Shown: positions 13,371 to 26,819 of the stretch, in pieces
Layout: each line of letters starts with the position of its first letter
How positions within the stretch are numbered: the stretch's first letter is position 1
Origin: Octopus sinensis
Lineage: Eukaryota
Direction of reading: 5' to 3'
NCBI RefSeq assembly: GCF_006345805.1
Contig: NC_043006.1
Location: 24,180,001-24,244,000 of the forward strand
Length of the DNA stretch: 64,000 nucleotides
Position numbers and translations under genes: made by a program
The notes under the pieces: model-generated
Databases searched by the model: none
What the model saw: the letters and a program-made list of their open reading frames with translations, nothing else
What the model was told of the DNA's origin: nothing

Positions 13371-15064
13371 AAGACGGAAGTGGTAAAAATGGAGGAAAAT
13401 GTTTTTTAAAAACAAGAGAGCTGAATCAAAGAAGGAATGGTAAAAAAGGTGTGCAAGATGACATGGGTGTGTATGTGCGTGTGTGTGTATGGTGGACAAT
13501 GGCTAGTAGCAGGCAGTAGTAGAATCAAGGAGTGGAATTAAGGAGTTGGTGAGGGTACCCTAGCAAGTCAGAAAGGCAGGTCAGAAACAGGGAGGTATGT
13601 GTGTGTGTGTGTTTTGTTGTAGTATGTGTGTGTGTACGTGTGCGTTTTTTGTGTGTATGGCGAGTAACTGTGCTTAACTTAGTGTATGTGTGCGTGTGTG
13701 TGTATATATACGTATGTATGATTGTGTGCGTGTATGTATCGTTGAGTGCTGTATGGGATGTATGTGTGGGTTCATTAGTGTGTGGGTGTGTGTGTATGTA
13801 TGTGCGTGTAGTTGTGTGTGTGTAGGCGTAAATGGATGTATATGCGTGTATCCGTGGGGTTGTGAGTTTCTTTTTGCGCGTGTGCGTGCGTATGTGTGCA
13901 TGTTTTGGTGTGCGTATGTATGTGTGTGTCTGCTTATATGTGTGTATGTGTGCGTGCGCGTGGAGGTATATGTTGTGTGTATGTATATGTGTCGGTGTGT
14001 ATGTGAATTAGTGTGTGTTTGTGCGTGTGTATGAGTGCGTGCGTGTGTTGTATACATATGTAAATGTGTGTGTGTACGTGCGTGGGAGTGAATGTATGTA
14101 TGTGCGTGTGTGTACAAATGTAGGGGTTTATATGTGTGTATATATATGCATGCAAGGACACACTTCGCAACTGAAAGATTGATGGAAAAGACTATCGTGG
14201 TGCGGGCGCATGCGAATCTACAGGCACACATGCACACGCCCAGACGTATGCCCGAAATGAAGCCAGACCCCCACAGGCATGTGTGCATGCATGTATATAT
14301 GTGTGCATGCATGTGTGTGTGTGTGCATGCGAGTATGCATGTAGGTATGTGTGTGTGTATGTATGTATGTATGTGTGAATGTCTGTGTGTATGTATGTCC
14401 GTATGAGTGTATGTAAGTATGTGTGTGTGTATATGTGTGTGTGTGCGTGTATGTATGTATGTGTGTATGTATGTGTGTGTATGTATGCATGCATGTGCGT
14501 ATGTATGTGTGTGTGTATGCATGTGTGTGTGTATGTATGTGTGTGTGTGTGTGTGTGTATGTATGTGTGAGTGTATGGGAGTATGTCTATTTGTATGTAT
14601 GTCTTGTGTATGTATGTGTGTAGGTATGTATGTGTGTGTATGTATGTAGGTATGTATGTGTTCACGCGTGCATGCATGTATGTGTGTATGTATGTATACA
14701 CACACAACACACGCACACAACGCACTCATATGGGGTCGGCTGCACCCTAGGCGCGCGCCAACGCGATCCCACAAACACCCACACCAAAAAAAACGAACTC
14801 CATCAATCCCTCAACTAAAAAGCATGTGCCTGGATACAAATATATGTATGTGTATATATATATAGATATATATATATGTATATGCATATATTTATACATT
14901 TATGTATAAATATATGCATATACATATAAATATACATATATATATATCTATATATATATGTGTGTGTGTGTGTATGCATATATTTATAAATATACATATA
15001 TATCTATATATATATATGTGTGTGTGTGTGTATGCATATATTTATACATTTATTCATATTTATA

Positions 15065-15215
15065 TATGTGACCACGTTTCTATCCTTGGCGATTTTCTTT
15101 CTCCATGTTCCATTCCTTGAACTTTTTCTTTTTCTATATTTCTGACAAAGAGCTCTGCTCGAAACATGAAATCCTCCTCTTTTCTTTCCTTTCATGGGCG
15201 TCCAATTACACTATA
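15065..15215 (+). mobile_element. Short Penelope-derived repeat with degenerate hammerhead-like motif
   Basis: ATTT-CTGACAA-A-GAGC-TCT-GCTC-GAAAC-ATG-AAAT at 15138-15172. Confidence 0.55.
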
Positions 15216-15439
15216 CTGATATATTCATATATGTATATATAGGTATATCGGTATGTGTATAGTTATATGTAGCTATATATATATGTATAGAGAAAGATAT
15301 ATCAGTATGTATATAGTTTTTTGTAGCAATATATATAGATATATATACATATACCTATATAGCATATATATGTATATATGCTGTATATATAAATATATAC
15401 AAAAATTGATAAATAAGTATACCGATACATTGTAGAGTC

Positions 15440-16860
15440 TTTATGCTTTTAGAGTTCTATAATAGTCCTTGGAAAATTTTCGTTGGACGATTAAGATCCA
15501 TGTGATTAAAAGTGGTGCTTAGTTTAAAGTGTTTGGTAAAAGAGTGTCAAAACAGGTAATGGGGTAGGAGTTATCCAGTTCCTGTGAGTAAGGTGAGACA
15601 ACTCTTTGGATTTTATGCTCTTCAATTGGAATGATGGATGTTTTGTCAAACAGGATGCTTATATAAATTTTTTGTCAGATGGGATGCTAGGAAAAGGAGT
15701 ATGGTCATCGTGGAGTTTGCATATTAAGATGCGTTTGGAATTTTTCAATAAAAAGCTTCTCCTTGTTGATTCTTTCTTGTGTAGAGATTCCGTATTTACA
15801 TTGGTAGAAAGGGAATATGTGAAATTTAGGATTTTTGCCTCTAGCGCAAGAGTCTATGTGGCTACTTAGTGGAATTTGACAGTATTGTGGAAGATTTATC
15901 TGTTCTTTACGGACCGCTACTGTTCTACATAAAGGAAGGCTCGTTTGTCCACATAATTGTGTTGGTTCCTTGTTTGAAAGTAAATTAAGAGCCTTCAAGT
16001 AGGAAGGGGCAAGTACCACAGTTAGGGCGTGCACATTTTTTAACTGATGGGGGTGGATGTGGTGTGTGAAGTTTGGCATTTGTCAAAAGTTTTTCAAAGA
16101 TTTATGTTGTCTTTTGCATTTAAGGATTTTATGTGTATTGATAATATTATTCATTTTTGGGTCTGTGGACAGTAAGGGGAGGTTTTGTATGATTGTGGTG
16201 TATGCTTTGATATTTTTGGGGTTGTGGGTGGAAATGTATGGAAGTATTTGGGAGTAGTGTGTGTAATTGTGTTGGGTGGTTTTCAGTGTATTATTGTCTA
16301 GTTCTTTGGCATGTTTTATTCCATACTCTATGAGTGTGGAGGGATATTGGCGTTGTAATAGTGTTTTTTTGAGGTCTTGAAGGCGTATTTCTCGAGTTTT
16401 TGGATCCGAGACAATGGTGCATACCCTTTTAGCTAAGTTGAAAGGGATATTTATCTCAGTGTGTTTTGGGTGGCATGAGCTGAAGAGGAGGTATTGTTGT
16501 GAGTCTAGGTTTGTGGTAGATGTCTGTTATGATTTGGTTGTTAGGTGTTTTTATAATTAGGAGATCAAGGAAAGGGAGATGATGTTTGCTGAATTCCATA
16601 GTGAATTGAATGTTGGGATGTATGTTGTTCAGTGTAGTTTTGAATTCCAGAAGCTTTTCATAAGATTCTTTCCATATGATGAAACAATCATCTAAGTATC
16701 TTTTCCTGGTTTCCATTAAGTAGATGTGGAAAACGTGTCCAAATTTCTGGTGTGATATCTCATAGAGTGATAGTTCGCAAGGACTTGTGCCGCCTTGGTA
16801 CCCATCGCAATACCACATTTTTGACGGTAGTGTGTGTTTCCGAAGAGGAAATAATTGTTT
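15440..16860 (-). mobile_element. Penelope-like element 3' half (RT C-terminus and GIY-YIG tail), decayed
   Basis: YRQKCGIAMGT, RYLDDCFIIW, IHPNIQFTME, LPFLDLLI, DIYHKP; C-terminal ERINKEKLFIEKFQTHLN. Confidence 0.85.
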
Positions 16861-16959
16861 GTTGGAAAAAGTATCTCACTAGACCTACCTTTCAGTGTAC
16901 CAACATTGATAGTGCCATATAAACATATATATATACACATATGTACAAATATACATTCA

Positions 16960-16997
<38 letters not shown>

Positions 16998-17194
16998 CAT
17001 ACATTTATATATATACATATGTATACATATATACATATACATATGTATACATATATACATATATATATATATACACACACACACATTTATATATATACAC
17101 ACATATATGCATAGATATATATACACATATATACACACACACATATATACATACATATATATATACACACACACATATACATATATATATATAT

Positions 17195-17383
17195 TGTGTC
17201 GGTGGCACGTAAAAAGCACCCACTACACTCACAGAGTGGTTGGTGTTAGGAAGGGCACCCAGCTGTAGAAACACTACCAGATCAGACTGGAGCCTGGTGC
17301 AGCCTCCTGGCTTCCCAGACCTCGGTTGAACCGTCCAACCCGTGCTTTCACAGAAAACGGACGTTAAACAATGATGATGATGA
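17195..17383 (+). mobile_element. RTE 3' tail copy
   Basis: Same tail as 10431-10739, ending (gat)n directly into (TA)n. Confidence 0.85.
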
Positions 17384-18160
17384 TATATATATATATATAT
17401 ATAACTCAATTTGTGTGTCTGTGTGTTTAACTTCCCGGCACACCTCCTCCTAGCCAAAAATGGGTCACTTAAAGTTTAGGCGAATGAAAATTGAACTGCG
17501 CTATTTCTGTTCCGAAATTAATCTTGCAAGTGCAAAAATCGGTAATGTGTTTGTTTAGGCCTTATCCCATGCATTGAATAGTGAACTTTACTCACTCAGC
17601 TGTTTGACGTGAACTGTGTTCACCACGCGTGCAAGCATGCATAAATTGCATGAAAAATATAAAATCAAGATATAAAAACGAATCGCCATAAACATTGTAG
17701 AAATTCGGCAAAGAAATTAATTTTTGGGATGTAGCCTGGAGGATTTTTCATATTAATCGTTTGGACTTTGTGAACACATACCAATTGTTTTTATAACATT
17801 TTTAACGCTTTGAATTAAATGTGACCATTTTGCGTTGAGTCTGCAGTTTGAATCACTTTAACCAAATTTTAGCAGGCCGGATTTTTGATCATCACGATAC
17901 ATCGCCAGCGACTCCCTGAAATCCCTGTTGAGAAATACTGATCTAAAAGAATAATTCAACGATGCAATTATTTGATCAACAAAAATTTATGAAACGCTTC
18001 TACGTACTTCCTATTGAGGAAATGGAACACATAAGCGCAAAAATAGAGGGCATTAAATGCTTGATTTTAAAACCAAAATAACTGAATTTTGATTGAACTT
18101 CATCCAAGTTTAGCTTAATTCGCGCGTGCATAGAACGCACGGGCCGGTCAATACTGCTAG
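17384..18160 (+). mobile_element. Non-autonomous Helitron-like element
   Basis: 3' hairpin GCGCGTGC-atagaac-GCACGGGC, then CTAG|T at 18157-18161. The 5' end lies inside a TA run, so no TC start is visible. Confidence 0.6.
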
Positions 18161-18198
18161 TATATATATATATATCTACACACCTATGTATATTTATT

Positions 18199-18238
<40 letters not shown>

Positions 18239-18349
18239 TATATGTATGTAATATAATTTTTCTGCATTTTCAGATTTTTCAGTGTGCTAGGCCACTAGTT
18301 TTAAATTGATATTAATCAAATATTTAATTTTTCACCCTTATTATTTAAA

Positions 18350-18394
<45 letters not shown>

Positions 18395-18399
<5 letters not shown>

Positions 18400-18605
18400 T
18401 AATTCAAATGTGTAAACACAAAGAGAAAGCACGACGCGAGGACGTGGAACAAGTATAGTGTTATTGGACATTCTGGAAAGGAAAGAAAGAAGGAGGATTT
18501 AACTTTTTGGGCAGAGCGCTTCGTCAGAAAGATAGAAAAAGGAAAGGTCCAAGGAAGGGAAGACAGAGAAAGAAAATCGCTAATGATACACACACAGTCA
18601 CATAT
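18395..18605 (-). mobile_element. Short Penelope-derived repeat with degenerate hammerhead-like motif
   Basis: Minus strand TTT-CTGACGA-A-GCGC-TCT-GCCC-AAAAA-GTT-AAA at about 18498-18530. Confidence 0.55.
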
Positions 18606-19213
18606 CGAATGACCGGAAGGGAATGGGCGAAGAAAAAGTTCTTTCAAAGACGGGAGAGTGCAAGAGAAGGAGGTATGTGTGGGTATGTGTGTGTGTGTGT
18701 GTGTGTAATGATAGTACGTGTGTGTGTGTGTGTGTAATGATAGCATGTGTGCGTGTGTGTGGTTGTGGCTGTTTATGTGTGTGGTTGGGCTTAGTATTGT
18801 TCAAGGTCATAGGAAAAAGTTATAGTAGGAGTGGCTTCTGTTGTGTGTCCACCTACGTGTGCTTAAGAGAATGGTCAGTGGAAGGTACTGGTAGTTTGAA
18901 GTATTTGTGTGTGCATGTATGTATATGTAGTGTGTGTATGTATGTATGTATGTGTGTGTTCGTGTCTGTATGTGTAGCTGTTGTGTCTGGAGGGAGTAAC
19001 TGCTTTACTTTGTGTATGTGGTGCGTGTGTGTTTGTATGTGTGTATACATGTGTGTATAATTGTGTGTGCATGTATTTTGTGCGTATGTATGTGCGTGTG
19101 TGCATGTGTGTGCATGCGTATATATGTGTGTGAACGTGGAGATGTGTGTGTCGGGTTATGTGTGCATTTTGTTGTGTGTAAGCACGTGTGCTTGAGTATG
19201 TCTGTGTATGTTG

Positions 19214-19375
19214 TAGGAGTGGCTGTGTGGTAAGTAGCTTGCTTATCAACCACATGGTTCCGGGTACAGTCCTACTGCTGGCACCTTGGGCAAGTGTCTT
19301 CTACTATAACCTCAGGCCGACCAAAGCCTTGTGAATGGATTTGGTTGATGGAAACTGAAAGAAGCCCGTTGTATG
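19214..19375 (+). mobile_element. tRNA-derived SINE head
   Basis: ggagtggctgtgtggtaagtagcttgc...ggttccgggtacagtcc...cttgggcaagtgtcttctactata; same family as 44960, 57225 and 63049. Confidence 0.8.
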
Positions 19376-19489
19376 TATACATATATATGTGTGTGTGTGT
19401 GTATGTGTGTGTATATGCTTACATACGAAAAAAAATACATGTGCATATGCACACAATCACCCCCCTACACACACACATCTATCTACATA

Positions 19490-19930
19490 AATCTACATAG
19501 CAGTCCACTAACTATTCTACTCCACCTGTGTAAACTGTGGGTATGGAGGTATCATATCTACTATGTATATTTCCTATTTAGTATTGGAGAGGTTTCATTT
19601 ATAAGGACATATTCCCGTATTTGTCTGAGTGTTGGGTCTTTTGGGTGCTTGGATAAGATGTGGATGTCAAGTTGACCCAAGTTGCCTCCATGGTGGTCTT
19701 TGGCATGATGGTAGAGTATGATTGCGTTTTAGGTAAATGGACCTTGAAAACAAGGTAGTCCAAAGAAGAGGTGGAGTGGACCAGTGGAGGAGGAGCTTGA
19801 GAAGGTTGGTTTGAAAAAGGAGGATGCCCCAAATCGGGTAAGATTGCGAGATGGTGTGAGGGTGGTTGTTATACCATTGAAATAGATCCGGCCATCCCAT
19901 TTAACGGGGACAGAACCTGGATTTTAAACA
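19490..19930 (-). mobile_element. Penelope-like GIY-YIG C-terminus and 3' UTR fragment
   Basis: HHAKDHH...LDIHILSKHPKDPTLRQIREYVLINETSPILNRKYT*. The downstream UTR recurs in opposite orientation at about 2250-2330. Confidence 0.55.
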
Positions 19931-20247
19931 CTAGATGATGATAATGATCTCTTCCTTTAACTTTTTGGTAAGTGTCCCAGTTGCAAGGAAGCTCTGGAAG
20001 AGAATTTGAAGTGATCTTGCTAGAGCCCTTTTGCATTTCTTTTGGAGGATTACTGGGAATCCATCAGGTCCTGAGTTTTAGTTCATTTCATCAATGGATG
20101 ATATTACATCAGTTTCCAGTAATTTGATGCTATCAGTAATTTCCATTTCTTTGTGCATCGCTTTGGTTCCAAAGAACTCATCAGGCATAGCTACTTGCAA
20201 GTGCCCCAATAGAGTTGTGAAAATGCATGTGCATCTGAGGCAGGTTT

Positions 20248-20555
20248 GAGTGCAATATATCTTCTGTTATTTATGAAGCACAAATTTCAGCAAACTATAA
20301 CAATGGTTGCACAAACATCAAGCGTTATATTGGAGCTGTGGAAGGAAAATTTAAAACTAGATATTAGAACCATCTTTTGAATTTTGGGTACCATGATTAG
20401 AGACATTCAACAACCCTTTTGGCTGGCTTTAATCTGGATGGTACAGTTTCAGAATGTAATGGAAAATCCTCTCTAAATCCAGACCTGTATTAATGGGTCC
20501 AAAAAAATGTTCAGTGTGTTCCCTTGAAAAACTATCTATTAAAATCTTGAGAGCC
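20248..20555 (+). mobile_element. Decayed Penelope-like GIY-YIG fragment
   Basis: ECNISSVIYEAQISAN...IKRYIGAVEGKFKTRY*NH...ST, then KKCSVCSLEKL; same lineage as 12350-12700. Confidence 0.65.
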
Positions 20556-20914
20556 TCCAACATATACATAAATTTGAGGAACGAGATTTTTTTCTGTATG
20601 TTCACATGTCAGGAAATCTTGTCAAAGTTTAAAAGTAGACTACCAGACACTTAATGAATCATTAACATGGTTTACATTTGCTTGACATCAAATTATTGTG
20701 ACTTGGGTTGTTCTCCCTTGTGTTTTTCTGTTTGTTTTCATTACAAGTCTTGTTTTCAACTTGATAAATGGCAGAATAAATTATTATTTCAACCAGGAAA
20801 CCCTGGGTAACTGTAATTACAATATTTCTGGCTTTTCATTTTAAGATATAAATAAGTAAATAAAAATGTGTGTGTGTGTGTGTGTGTGTGTGCGTGCGTG
20901 CATGCATGCACACA

Positions 20915-21135
20915 TCATTGTGTTGGTGTTTGTCTCCCATCACAGCTGACAACTGCTGCTTATATGTTTATGACGCCATAACTTAGCAGTTTGACAAAAG
21001 TGACTGATAGAATAAGTACCAGGCTTAAAAAAAAAAAGAACTACCAGGGTTGATTCTTTCGACTAAAATAAAATTCTTCAGTGTGGTGCTCCAGCATGGC
21101 TGCAGTTTAATGACTGAAACAAGTAAAATATAAAA
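20915..21135 (+). mobile_element. SINE 3' half
   Basis: ataacttagcagtt...gatagaataagtac...gtgctccagcatggctgcagt...atgactgaaacaagtaaaa, as in 50942-51146. Confidence 0.75.
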
Positions 21136-21578
21136 GAACTTCCAAACTTCTTTTGTCAGCTATGTATTTTATAGAATTGTAAATTGTATGTTATTGCTGG
21201 AATGAAATATTTGTAAGAAGTATTTAAAAATGCGAAAACCTGAAGGGAAACCATAGATTTTAGTTTAAATAATATAAATACAATAAAAAAACCCACTCTA
21301 CCTTAATTTTTTACTCAGTTTGATTGGTGAAGGTTTTGTTTCACTTTTCATTGAAATTTATTGAAATCCTCACTCCAAGTGTCAACCAAGCCAACTTCAT
21401 GACACTAAAAGAACTATTAGTACATGGAGTTGGTTTGATTGAATTTGAATCTAAGGAATTATCATTCCCAATGTTGTAGTTTCTAATAAAATTTTACTTT
21501 ATTGACATGTCAATTAAAGAAAACTGTTTTTATTTCATTGTTATTTTTCTTTTAATTTTAGAGTGTGATGTTTCAGAC

Positions 21579-21710
21579 ATGGAGTCAAGTAGTGGTGGCA
21601 GTTTTCCCAAGATTATGGTCTTTAAACCAACCATGGAAGAATTCAAAGATTTCAGAAAATATGTCAATTATATGGAATCACAAGGCGCTCATAAAGCTGG
21701 CTTGGCAAAG
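21579..21710 (+). CDS. KDM4: KDM4 coding exon 1 (JmjN)
   Basis: [44 protein letters not shown], then donor GTAAAG. An upstream acceptor (ttttag 21560-61) implies a non-coding 5' exon. Confidence 0.95.
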
Positions 21711-23278
21711 GTAAAGCATCCCTCTCTGTCTGTCTGTCTGTATAGAGAAAAAGAAATTTTTCAGCAATTACAATATCATATCTTCTTTTTAAAAAGTATT
21801 GTATTTAAACTTCAACTCTCCATGTGAGCCAACAGGATAGAGTTTGACATGAATAATGATGACTATACTTTATCTTATATTATAAAAGACAAGTGTCCAT
21901 CACATCTATAAAAGGGAGGGAAAGAAGGGGAGGAATCAAATATACATCACAATGTAAAATGCAATACAGGTATTAAAAAAAGACTTTCACTTTGAATAAA
22001 AGAATGGGATGAGAAAAGGTTGTTGAGAGAGAGTGAAAAATAGATACATAGGTATTGTTGTCACCTTAGTTACTAAGAAATCTCAATAATACTAAAACTC
22101 TAGAGATGTTTGTGTGTACCCAAAATATCTCAGAAATAGTATATTTTATTTTATTTTATTTTATTTTATTTTGCATATTTATTTTCATACTTATCTTTGG
22201 CAGTACTGTACAACTTTTTGTGATATTTGGACTTCTATTTAAATGATTAAGCATATTTTTTGTTTGTTGAAAAAATACATGGCTTCCATGACATCAACAC
22301 ACATACAGAATACGCACACATAACGAATGTTATGGCATGTCAATCAACACAAGCACACATCTTCTATCTGTGACATATACACACACATAGTCTTTGCACT
22401 CTCTTTTTGACGTACACAATATTTTTAGAAATATTTTTAACTGAATGTGATTTCATCATCCGGAGTTCATTAATTTCTGTTAAAATATTTATTTATTTAC
22501 CTTTGTGCTAAAGGGAAAGAGAGGAGAAAGTGAAAGATATATGTACGTGTATATGAAATGGACATGTGTGTGTGAAAAAGAGAGAGAAAGTGAGTGAAGG
22601 GGTGTGTTATGTATATGTACATACATCAATGCATATGCGTACATCTTTTTTGTATATACGTGTGCATATGTGTGTGTGTGAGAGAGAAAGAGAGAGTGAG
22701 TGAGTGAACATGTGTGTTCTCATGTATGTGTAAGTGGCACTCTCTCTCTCTCACACACATGCGTCCATTTCATATACACGTGCATACATCTTTCGCATTC
22801 TCTTCTCTTTTGCTTTAAAATAAAAGTAACAGGTGATTTTCAAGATAAAAATTGTTTAGAAAAAGCTTCTACTCATGTAAAATTTGCATACAAAAGTTTT
22901 CAGAATTGCTGATATAGCCTGGGGAAAAAGGTTTTCAATTTAGTTGTATTTAGTATAATTTCACTTATGATTAAATTTTATTAAATTTTCATTAGATTTA
23001 AGCCCTTATTTTTTCTGTAAATCCCATTCTGACATTAAATGAGTCAACTTCTGGTATGAATGTTTACATTTTGTAACTCTAAGAAAAAAAACAAAAACAA
23101 AAAAAAAAACCGTCACTTTTTGACGTACACACACACTGACATAGAGAAATATCTTTTTTGCAGATATTACTTATAGTGTCATCATTTTGGATTTTATTCC
23201 ATTTCATTCATTTGACATTTGTTATCTCTTTGTTGTTTTGATTTAATTTTCTTAATACAACATTACATACAAAGAATA

Positions 23279-23800
23279 CCGTAAATCCTCTAGTATAATC
23301 CAGATTTCTTCCCCAAAATTTAAAGGTCAAAATCCCTAGTGCGTACTATATACGAGGTTAAAAATGAAAAATATTTTCTAAGCAATGTCCAAGTCTCTAT
23401 TTGCTGGCCGGCAATGTTTATTCAGACGCATTTTGTGATGTCGGGCGCGAAAATACCTTAATCTGAGCATGAAAGCAATGAAGTCGTAAAAGAATCATCC
23501 ATAACTTGCAGTAAGCAACATTTATTAAAATAAAAGTATTCAGAACACAGAATAATGTGTAACAAATACAATTTGCAAACATATTTACATTCCCATATAA
23601 CAGTTAAGAACATCACCATTATTGTATTACGCATGCGCGGAAGTGTTTGTTCGACTAGGTGCTGCTGGCTTAATTACGCATGACTCAAGTTAGAGAAGGG
23701 GTGCGTATTATACACAATGTTTAGGTTTTTCAGAGGTACAGCCCCCTAAAAATCCCCTGCGTGTTATACTCAAGAGCAGACTCTACTTGAGGATTTATGG
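23279..23800. mobile_element. pogo/Tigger-like MITE
   Basis: TIRs CCGTAAATCCTCTAGTATAATC / GACTCTACTTGAGGATTTATGG, flanked by TA on both sides. Confidence 0.8.
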
Positions 23801-24233
23801 TAAGCACTGATCAATTATGCCCTGTGGAAAGTGACAGGAATCATCGTGGTCCAGAGATGATGCCAAAAGGTGTTGGGAAGAAGCAAGGGTAAGGAGACAA
23901 CAGGGAATGGCTGAGATGATAGCAGAACAATGGCAGAATAACAGTATGCAACAGAAGGAGGCAAGGAGAGACTGAGTAAGGTAGGAATGCACATCTCCAG
24001 GATGTGAGACAAAGCACAAATAGCAGAAGACTTGCAGAAATGCCTGAGATAGGGCTGCACGACTCTTAAACAACAGGGTGAGGAAAGAAAGACGGACATA
24101 GGGAGCACTGGAAGGAAACGGACCCACTCTTTCTGCTGATGTCGGTGTGATGAATTAAATATGCTCTTACTGCCGTGCATTCTTATTCCATGGCGAAACT
24201 GCAAATTTCTGCTGCATGAAGGGAAAATTTTGT

Positions 24234-24778
24234 ATTGGCAATTTACAACCTCTACCAAATGAACTTATCCATTTATACAACAGTGATTGACTGCCTTGCA
24301 AAAGAATTCAGGAAAAATATCAGACAGTACAACTGCCTCTTCTAAATGACATCATTTGATGGGAAAGAAGTTATTTCTAAAAGAAACATATGGAATCCCT
24401 CAATTGTCATTCATGACCAGATCCATCACCATATTGGATTATTAGTCACAATTTGCTTCAGACATTAAATTGATTACTATTGTTTAGATAGTTCCAATTA
24501 AATTGGCAAATTGGCAATTTACAACCTCTACCAAATGAACTTATCCATTTATACAACAGTGATTGACTGTCTTGCAAAAGAATTCAGGAAAAATATCAGA
24601 CAGTACAACTGCCTCTTCTAAATGACATCATTTGATGGGAAAGAAGTTATTTCTAAAAGAAACATATGGAATCCCTCAATTGTCATTCATGACCAGATCC
24701 ATCACCATATTGGATTATTAGTCACAATTTGCTCAGACATTAAATTGATTACTATTGTTTAGATAGTTCCAATTAAAT
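24234..24778. repeat. Near-identical ~270-bp tandem duplication
   Basis: 24234-24503 repeated at 24510-24778 with about two differences; junction aattggca-aattggca. Confidence 0.9.
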
Positions 24779-26014
24779 AAGTTCAGAAGTTAGGTTAAAT
24801 ATATATACATGCATAAGTACCATGAATTCCCATTCTACAAACTGGCAAACAATTCTGTGAATACTTTACTGGGCAACGCTGGATAATAACTCTATTTTTG
24901 ATTAAAAATGTGGTAGTTTTAAGTGGAAGTGAATACAATGGAACACAAACTCCAGAAAACAACTACCGTAAAAACCCATGTAATTTACGCACTTTTTTTT
25001 GTAAAAATAAAAATGAACTTTAACGGGGTGTGTAAATTACATAAGTAGATCATTTCCAGAATATTTTTGGAAATTCTTTTGTTGAAAAAAGACATACAAA
25101 CAAAAACATTTGTACCGGAAGTTGACTCATTTAATGTCAGAATAGGTATCCAGCTGTAGAAACCAAGCCAAATCAGACTGGAACCTGATTTAATCAGAGC
25201 TTGCTAGCTCTGATCAAACTGTCCAACCCATGCCAGCATGATAAATGGATATATATATATAAAATGTGCAGGTGTGACTGTGTGGTCGAGAAGTTTACTT
25301 CTCAATCATATGGTTTGGGGTTTGTCTTCTACTATACCCCTGGGTCTACAAAACTTTTGTGAGTGGATTTGGTAGTTGGAAATGGAAAAAGCCCATTGTG
25401 TGTGTGTGTGTGGGGGGGGTCTCCTTGTGTCATCATATGTTGGTTGTAAACAGCATTACCATTATACAAGCAGTATTCTTCATCTTGTGTGAAAACATAT
25501 CTGCCATGGATAAACATTACCTTACTTAAGCAGGTGATGGTTGGAAACAGAAAGAGCATCCAGTTGTAGAAAAGCTACCTCTACAAATTCTGTTATTAAA
25601 ATGCTGCTGCTGATTATCATTGTGTGTATAATTAGTGTTTGTAGTCATATTACTTTCTTGTATGAGTGGGATGGTTTATTTGTTGCAGCAAATGTTTCAA
25701 CAGTTAGATGTCTTTCATACCACTAAACCTTTATTCATCAAGATTGAGTGATGCATTAATCCAGCTCTATTTGCACAGAGTTTCAAAAACAGTTTGAAAT
25801 TCGTTTTGTTTTTATTGGATTAGGAGTAGTAATCCTCCCTCATCAAATAAGGACATTCCTGTACAGCCACAGCCAACTGACTAGAATCAGTAAAATAGTA
25901 CACTTTTTGCCATTCAACATTTAATTTGAAATTTGTTACTGAAGCATCTTAGTGAAACCTTGTAGCTATTTATTTTTGTATGCCACATAAGTTTTACTCT
26001 TTATAATTTTATAG

Positions 26015-26190
26015 GTGATTCCACCACCAGAATGGACTCCAAGACGTGTTGGTTATGAAAATGTTGATCTCATGGTTCCTGCTCCAATCACTCAGGTAGT
26101 GAGTGGTTGTCAGGGATTGTATACTCAATATAACATTCAGAGAAAAGGCATTCACGTTAAAGAATTTGAAAAGTTAGCCAACAGTGATCG
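26015..26190 (+). CDS. KDM4: KDM4 coding exon 2
   Basis: ttttatag|[14 protein letters not shown]...[22 protein letters not shown]...LANSD-CG|gtatgt; 176 nt. Confidence 0.96.
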
Positions 26191-26819
26191 GTATGTTACC
26201 TTTTCTCATTTCCATTTTTATGGCTGCTTATTTCTTAAAATTTTATTGAATTGGATGAGTTTACTTCTTATCTCACGACCAGCATGCTGTAATAAACTAT
26301 CATTTATTTTAGGGTATTTTTTTCTTTAGAGTCTGTTGTTATATTGCTCATTGGATTCAACATTCAGGATGGAACATTATCTGTTATAGTTGGAAATTTT
26401 TAGTTTTTCTCTTTATCAAGGAAACTCCTGTAGCAGTTTAAAGTAAAGCAATAGAGGAAATGGAACTAAATGTGAATGGAAGAGTTATTTGGATATATAA
26501 AAAGGAAAACCCAAATCAAATAATTACGTTATTCAAACAGCTTTTAAGCAAAATTAGAGAATTTGTGCCTTTTCTTGTAAAAATTTTCTTTCTTTTTCTT
26601 TTTTGTGAAAAACTTTGTTAAAAATTTAGTAAGACCTTAGAATGATGTACATTAGTATTGCTTACAACAATGCTCCAAACATAGTAGGTTATGGGATTTA
26701 AATCTGGCTAGTTTGGTGTAACATGATTGTCTAATATCCATTCTTGGGTTACATGGGCTTTGTGCAGTGTTGAATCTTGTTGAAGCATGTTTGGCCTTCC
26801 ATTGCATACTTATCTGAAG

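Noticed and set aside
14150-14820. GC-richer islands inside the (TG)n tract
   Set aside because: No recognisable motif or homology in the window; it looks like noisy low-complexity sequence.
23026-25143. ~40-bp inverted repeat (23026-23065 and 25104-25143) suggesting a 2-kb TIR element
   Set aside because: No TSD or terminal motif and unrelated elements lie between; more likely two fragments of a common repeat.
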